Assembly: GCA_024998755.1 (NCBI GenBank)
Contig: JACEUU010000002.1
Location: 166,045 to 230,044 of the forward strand
Reading direction: 5' to 3'
DNA: 64,000 nucleotides
Origin: Vampirovibrio sp.
GTDB taxonomy: Bacteria; Cyanobacteriota; Vampirovibrionia; Vampirovibrionales; JAJTHC01
A program made the position numbers and the translations under genes. The notes under the pieces were generated by a model, which had not been told where the DNA came from, searched no databases, and was given only the letters and a program-made list of their open reading frames with translations. Shown here piece after piece: positions 59,350 through 64,000 of this stretch. Position 1 is the first letter of the stretch; each line of letters opens with the position of its first letter.

Positions 59350-60612
59350 TTAAATTTTCTGTTCAAAAGGAGCTGCGTAGCCTGTCAATTCCGTATAAGC
59401 ATTCCCAACAACCGATTGCTTGCCAACCTGCCCCACCACGCTACAAGCCCCCTCCCAATAAGTTAACCCCAACTGCGATGCAAAAACCAATTCCTGCCCC
59501 TTCACTTTAGGCGAAATAGTTAAATTTATCTGCTTGCTAGGAATGCTTAACGCCCACTGGCTAGGGTACACCCCACCAGATTTTTCGCTTTTCCAAGTGC
59601 CCAGCGGTTTTAACTGAAATTGTCCCAACTTCAAATGTTGCGTTTGCCCACTAGGCGAAACCCATGTAGCAGAACTATTTGAATCCAACCCACCTACAGG
59701 GGTTTTTTGCCTTAATAAATAAAGCATCACATCCGTGCCATCCGCCAGTTGAATTGCCATCCAATCCCACCCCACTTGGTTGGGGGTTAACTGGTTGCTC
59801 CCAAATTCATGATCCATCCATGAAGTGCCTGCAACAGCAGTGGTTTTACTACCTTGAGTAACCGTACCTTTACTGGCTAACCGAGTATACGAATAATAAT
59901 GCGAAGCACAACCCTTGCAATCCGCCTTTTGGCTAACGCCATTTTTGCCATGAATGACCATGGGCTTTGTGGGGGTCAGCGTTAAATCTATCGCTACAGG
60001 TTGATGGCTTTTCGCCCCTTCCGGTATGCTCGCTTGCAAGCGAACGACGGGGTCTTTACCTTGATTCATTGAACCAACCGTGGTTAATTGCCAGTTGCTT
60101 AAAGCAACACTAAAGGGCTTTGTGGTAAACGTCGTTTTATAAGGGTTCACTCTGTCAAATTTTGATTGATAAACGAAGGTATTTTGCTCCACATCCGTCA
60201 AAGCGAAATGTCCCAAAACAAAGGATTTAGGTAGCCAAGCAGTCAGCGTCGGTAATGCCGTATTAGAAGGCACGGTGGCGGTTCTAAAAAAGGTGAGTTC
60301 GTACCCGTAGGAGTGCTTATTTTCCGTTGTTAAATGCCCTGTATAATACCACCATTCCGTTTTATAGGTAGGGTGAACGCCGTGGTCTTTCGGAAATTGA
60401 TAGTAATACCCAGGTAATGCGGCCTCAAAACTTGGCCGTTTAACTGGGGGTGAAGGAGTTGCATTGGAAAACCAAAGCAGCGGGGTTAAACAACTTATCA
60501 CAAGGCAAAAAACCTTAAAAAACACCTTCGTTGATTTGTGAAAAAAGCCCTGCATGCCTGATGTACCCCTACGGTTACTTGTAAATGTAAATCTATTGTA
60601 ACAAAAAGACAA
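59350..60612 (-). CDS. Lipoprotein with an AttH/CrtC-like lipocalin domain
   Basis: Lipobox VISC after a hydrophobic h-region. PKDHGVHPTYKTEWWYYTGHL resembles the CrtC/AttH N-terminal signature (recollection). Confidence 0.5.
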   Translation of the reverse strand: MSFCYNRFTFTSNRRGTSGMQGFFHKSTKVFFKVFCLVISCLTPLLWFSNATPSPPVKRPSFEAALPGYYYQFPKDHGVHPTYKTEWWYYTGHLTTENKHSYGYELTFFRTATVPSNTALPTLTAWLPKSFVLGHFALTDVEQNTFVYQSKFDRVNPYKTTFTTKPFSVALSNWQLTTVGSMNQGKDPVVRLQASIPEGAKSHQPVAIDLTLTPTKPMVIHGKNGVSQKADCKGCASHYYSYTRLASKGTVTQGSKTTAVAGTSWMDHEFGSNQLTPNQVGWDWMAIQLADGTDVMLYLLRQKTPVGGLDSNSSATWVSPSGQTQHLKLGQFQLKPLGTWKSEKSGGVYPSQWALSIPSKQINLTISPKVKGQELVFASQLGLTYWEGACSVVGQVGKQSVVGNAYTELTGYAAPFEQKI

Positions 60613-61329
60613 TTTATTGAGACAAGTAATCTTTATTAAAGTATCCTTAATGTTGATGTAGTAAAGTTGGTAGTATGAACCTTGTTCTTAATCGCCAGTT
60701 TACCCTTCGGCAATACCCCTTTCAATGAAACAATTGCGTTTGATGGTTACTGATTTTTCGGCACTATCAACACTAAGGACAAAGTAAACGTTAAGCTTCC
60801 TCGTTAGCTGACGCTGTTAATTTAAAAAAGCGATTTTCCACTCTAATAACTTTCCCCTTTTTCAATATATAGATAGAACCCCTTCTTGAAAATGGATTCC
60901 TGTTTACTTAATAATCAAACACCCTTATTTATTGGCGTGCCTGTACTGGCTTGCCGTACTGTTGGTTTTTTCTATACCTTGGCTTGCTTTAAACGACGAA
61001 GAATGCTTAGCCGTCGTTAAAAAGTAAACAACGGCTAAGCAATAGCACCTTCTCCTCTGTACAGTTGTACGGAATTGGTTTGCTGTGCCGTGAAAGATAA
61101 TACTCGTTTTTATTCCTTTTCTTCTATGAACACAATGAAATAAAAGTCGTTCAGCCCGTTGGGTTGTTCGTTTGAATGATGCTTGTATTAGCCTAGCAAC
61201 AGAAAGCACCCATTGCTAAAGAAGGTTGGCTTTTCCCCCGCGTAGGGGAATGATTTATCGGGTTATTCAATGAATTTAAAAAACGGAATCCGTTTTCAAT
61301 ACAATGTTGCTTCCAAGGATGGTTACACA

Positions 61330-62248
61330 CATGATGATGATGATGTCTTCTTCTAGTTCTTCAGCAGCTAAGCAGGCCGGCGTAAAACGGTCTACAGTTG
61401 CTAAAAATGAAACCCTTACACCGAATGCCATGGCAGCTAAATTAATGCCTATTCGGTCTGCTAATGACATGAGCGGTACGAAGGGTAAGCGGTCTAACGG
61501 TAATGGGGCGGTATTACGTGAAAACAACGATGTTGTTCATAAGAAAAGTGCAAACCTAGCCCCAGACAAAGTGAATAGTCGGGATTTACGGGATTATTCA
61601 GATTTGTTGGAAACGGTTGCTCGGGTTGAAACCAGTCGGTTGCCTGCACACTTAATTTCGCATGATGAAATTGTGAATATTGGTGCGTTAACACTTCACC
61701 TATTGTTCACCAAAGAACCGGACAAAGACTATAACGTTACGTACTTATCTACCGCTATTAAATGGGCGGTTAGAAACGAATTACGGTACAGGTATAAATG
61801 GTACAGCTTCAAAAATACGGAAACAGAATCTGAGCTACATCAACAAAGCAGTGGTGTAGGTACGGATGCGTCTGATTTTTCTTCGGAAGACGGGTTTGAT
61901 GATGGGTTTGCCCCAGATGCTGGTCAGTTGCGGGAAGCCGTTTATGAAAGTATTTTATCGGTTGATGGGATGATGGAATCTGAAACGCCCAATGAAATTC
62001 GGGATGGTGGGTTAAACCCAGCTGAACAAACCGAACAAACCGAAATGGGTCGGGTAGTGCGTGACTGTATGACACGCTTGCCTGAACGGGAACGGGAGTT
62101 GTTGGAAGCCAGATTCTTCAAAAATATGCGGATGCGCGAGATTGGTCAGGCGTTTGGTATTTCCCCCAGCCGTGCAAGCCGTGTTGTACAAAGTGCTTTA
62201 ACTAAAATTAAGGTAGAACTTCAGAAAAAGGGAGTCACATCACAGTAA
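61330..62248 (+). CDS. Alternative sigma-70-family sigma factor (group 3/4-like) with an acidic insertion between regions 2 and 4; starts MMMMM (ORF-track frame from 61304)
   Basis: Region 2 YNVTYLSTAIKWAVRNELR. Region 4 RELLEARFFKNMRMREIGQAFGISPSRASRVVQSALTKIK. Confidence 0.6.
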
Positions 62249-62355
62249 ATAGACGTGTTGAATGAATCCGTTTCTGTTTTTTCTACCACACATAAACGCC
62301 CTTGTTGTCTGTTATTTAAGACCGAGGGCGTTTTGCTTATGCTAAAATTAACGCT

Positions 62356-64000
62356 ATGAAAACGCTATTAATTGAAGTTGTCATTCTCCTAGAAACTAAA
62401 GCACTCGCGGAAAAACGCTATACCTACAGTGTGCCTGATTCCCTCGCAAGCAACATTGGCGTGGGTAGTTTAGTGGCAGTTTCCTTCGGGCATCAACCGT
62501 GGGTGCCAGCAGTGGTCATCTCTATACTGCCCACCCAACCAGAAACTCAAAATGCCCCCGCTCACCTAGGTAAGGCTATTGTAAAACCCATCCTGAACCT
62601 ACTAAGCCCAACCCCACTACTAACAGCTGAACAATTGGCACTTTGGCAACAAATAGCCACCTATACCTGTACGCCATTGGCTCAAGTTATTTTAACCGCC
62701 CTGCCCAGTTCCTTTTTAAAGCCCAGCATTCAGTTTGAAGCCAAAACTATCGCTGTCGTTCAGTTTCACCCCGAAACAATCCCCTCGCAAAAACTTTCCG
62801 CTCGGTTAGATGAAATCAATCAAGCCCTTCAAGCCCTATATACCCAAACGCAAGTGGCGGAATGGTCGTTACCCTTTGTGGTGCAAGCCCTGAAAACCAC
62901 AACGCCTACACTAAAAAAACTGGCAGCAACGGGTGTTTTAACTATCGTTCAACAAGAAATCTTCAGAAGTCCGCTTAACCAATATGACGGCACCCTGCTA
63001 GAACATCCGCTGGTGCTCAACGAGGCTCAACAGGGGGTGGTTGATGCCGTTTTAAGCCATCCCTCAAAACTGGAAACGCCGTTTTTGCTACACGGTATCA
63101 CTGGGGCAGGTAAAACCGAAGTTTATATGGCCTTAGCGGAAGACACCCTTGCCCAAGGCAAAAGCGTGTTGCTTTTAGTGCCTGAAATTGCCTTAACAGG
63201 GGCTTTGGCCCAACGAATGCTAAAACGCTTCGGTAAAGATCAAATTGCCCTGTGGCACAGCCAACTTTCCCATGGGGAAAAGCTAGATGCATGGCTACAA
63301 CTAAAGCAGGGAAATCTGCGGTTTTTAATTGGGGCAAGATCGGGAATTTTTCCCCCCCTACCTAATTTGGGACTCATTATTTTAGATGAATGCCATGACG
63401 CCAGCTTCAAGCAGGAATCGCCCGCCCCTCGGTATGATGCCCGAACGGTGGCTCAATGGATGCAGAAAATCACGAAGGCTAAGCTGGTTTTTGGCAGTGC
63501 AACGCCTGAAGTGGCAATGTATCATCAAGCCCTAGAAGAAGATACACCGTTTCACTTACTTTCTTTAACCGAACGCTTTGGCGATGCCCAATTACCCAGC
63601 GTTCATATTGTAGATATGAAACGTGAAAAAGACCAAGGCAACAGCGGGGTTCTTTCTAGGGCATTTAAAAAAGCCCTACTAACCTGCGTTGAACAAGGCG
63701 AACAAGCCATTATCCTCCTGAACCGCCGAGGCTTTAACACCTATGTCCATTGTCAACAATGTGGCTATGTGTTTGAATGCCCCAGTTGTTCGGTGGGTAT
63801 GACGTTTCATTCCCACGAAAAAAAGCTAAAGTGCCACCATTGTGGGCATCAAGAACCAGTTACGCCCTACTGCCCCAAATGTGCTTCGTTAGACGTGAAA
63901 TTAATGGGTACCGGCACACAACGCCTAGAAGCTGAACTGAACGAACTGTTACCTGAAGGCAAAGCCGTCTTACGGTTAGATGGTGATGTGATGGCGAAAA
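62356..64000 (+). CDS. priA: Primosomal protein N' (PriA helicase), 3' partial
   Basis: Walker A LLHGITGAGKTEVYM. DEAD-like DECHD. Zinc-binding CQQCGY...CPSC...CHHCG. Confidence 0.85.
   Translation, partial: MKTLLIEVVILLETKALAEKRYTYSVPDSLASNIGVGSLVAVSFGHQPWVPAVVISILPTQPETQNAPAHLGKAIVKPILNLLSPTPLLTAEQLALWQQIATYTCTPLAQVILTALPSSFLKPSIQFEAKTIAVVQFHPETIPSQKLSARLDEINQALQALYTQTQVAEWSLPFVVQALKTTTPTLKKLAATGVLTIVQQEIFRSPLNQYDGTLLEHPLVLNEAQQGVVDAVLSHPSKLETPFLLHGITGAGKTEVYMALAEDTLAQGKSVLLLVPEIALTGALAQRMLKRFGKDQIALWHSQLSHGEKLDAWLQLKQGNLRFLIGARSGIFPPLPNLGLIILDECHDASFKQESPAPRYDARTVAQWMQKITKAKLVFGSATPEVAMYHQALEEDTPFHLLSLTERFGDAQLPSVHIVDMKREKDQGNSGVLSRAFKKALLTCVEQGEQAIILLNRRGFNTYVHCQQCGYVFECPSCSVGMTFHSHEKKLKCHHCGHQEPVTPYCPKCASLDVKLMGTGTQRLEAELNELLPEGKAVLRLDGDVMAK

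Noticed and set aside
60925-61527. ORFs 60925..61209 (-) and 61276..61527 (-) in and against the sigma-factor leader and start
   Set aside because: Low-complexity, with no start support. They overlap the leader or the 5' end of the better-supported + strand sigma factor gene.
1-64000. CRISPR arrays, cas genes, reverse transcriptase (YxDD), DGR template/variable repeats, integrase or phage structural genes, restriction-modification or toxin-antitoxin pairs
   Set aside because: Looked for regularly spaced direct repeats and the characteristic protein motifs on both strands and found none. The only periodic repeats are the 12-bp x3 coding repeat at 2717..2752 and the dispersed REP and MITE families.

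Overview
This 64-kb window looks like housekeeping chromosome from a mid-GC (~45%) Gram-negative bacterium, with an accessory island near the 5' end and a family of repeats scattered through it. Everything below is read by eye from the sequence and the ORF track, with no database searches.

**Recognisable genes.** polA, gltA-like citrate synthase, trxB, hisS, a primary sigma factor with dnaG directly upstream on the same strand, pyrB, trpB, panB, mnmE, an M24 aminopeptidase, aroQ, BolA, a pair of M16 peptidases, sufB-sufC-sufD-sufS, metK, priA (3' partial), DoxX, MscS, YggT, pirin, TauE and two ABC permease units. There is an LPS-core cluster (PfkB sugar kinase, WaaL-like ligase, GT9 heptosyltransferase). 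RNA genes: one tRNA-Arg(UCU) and an RNase P RNA (rnpB).

**Gene content.** It is cyanobacteria-like (suf operon, YggT/Ycf19, paired M16, DUF4330-like, alternative sigma factor), but no photosynthesis genes fall in the window.

**Most unusual signals.**
- About a third of the CDSs begin with two to five tandem ATG codons, usually followed by an ACN codon ("ATGATG(ATG)(ATG)AC").
- A REP-associated tyrosine transposase (RAYT) gene sits among at least nine GTAG/CTAC-terminated REP-like palindromic elements. One 72-bp copy is inserted in-frame inside the RAYT coding sequence, with an identical copy 419 bp upstream.
- Three unrelated ~140-bp intergenic elements, each bounded by 16-17-bp inverted repeats, look MITE-like.
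- A MerR-type regulator with a C-terminal Cys cluster sits directly upstream of, and co-directional with, sufBCDS, where a cyanobacterial SufR would be expected.
- A translationally coupled pair encodes an HExxH (zincin-like) protein and a two-TM membrane protein.
- Two tandem paralogous TPR-like single-pass membrane proteins share an NPW-TM segment and a TGTSA motif.
- There is a Gly/Tyr-rich low-complexity protein.
- Several very small membrane-peptide ORFs carry their own Shine-Dalgarno (SD) sequence and terminator.

No CRISPR array, reverse transcriptase, integrase or phage structural gene was seen.
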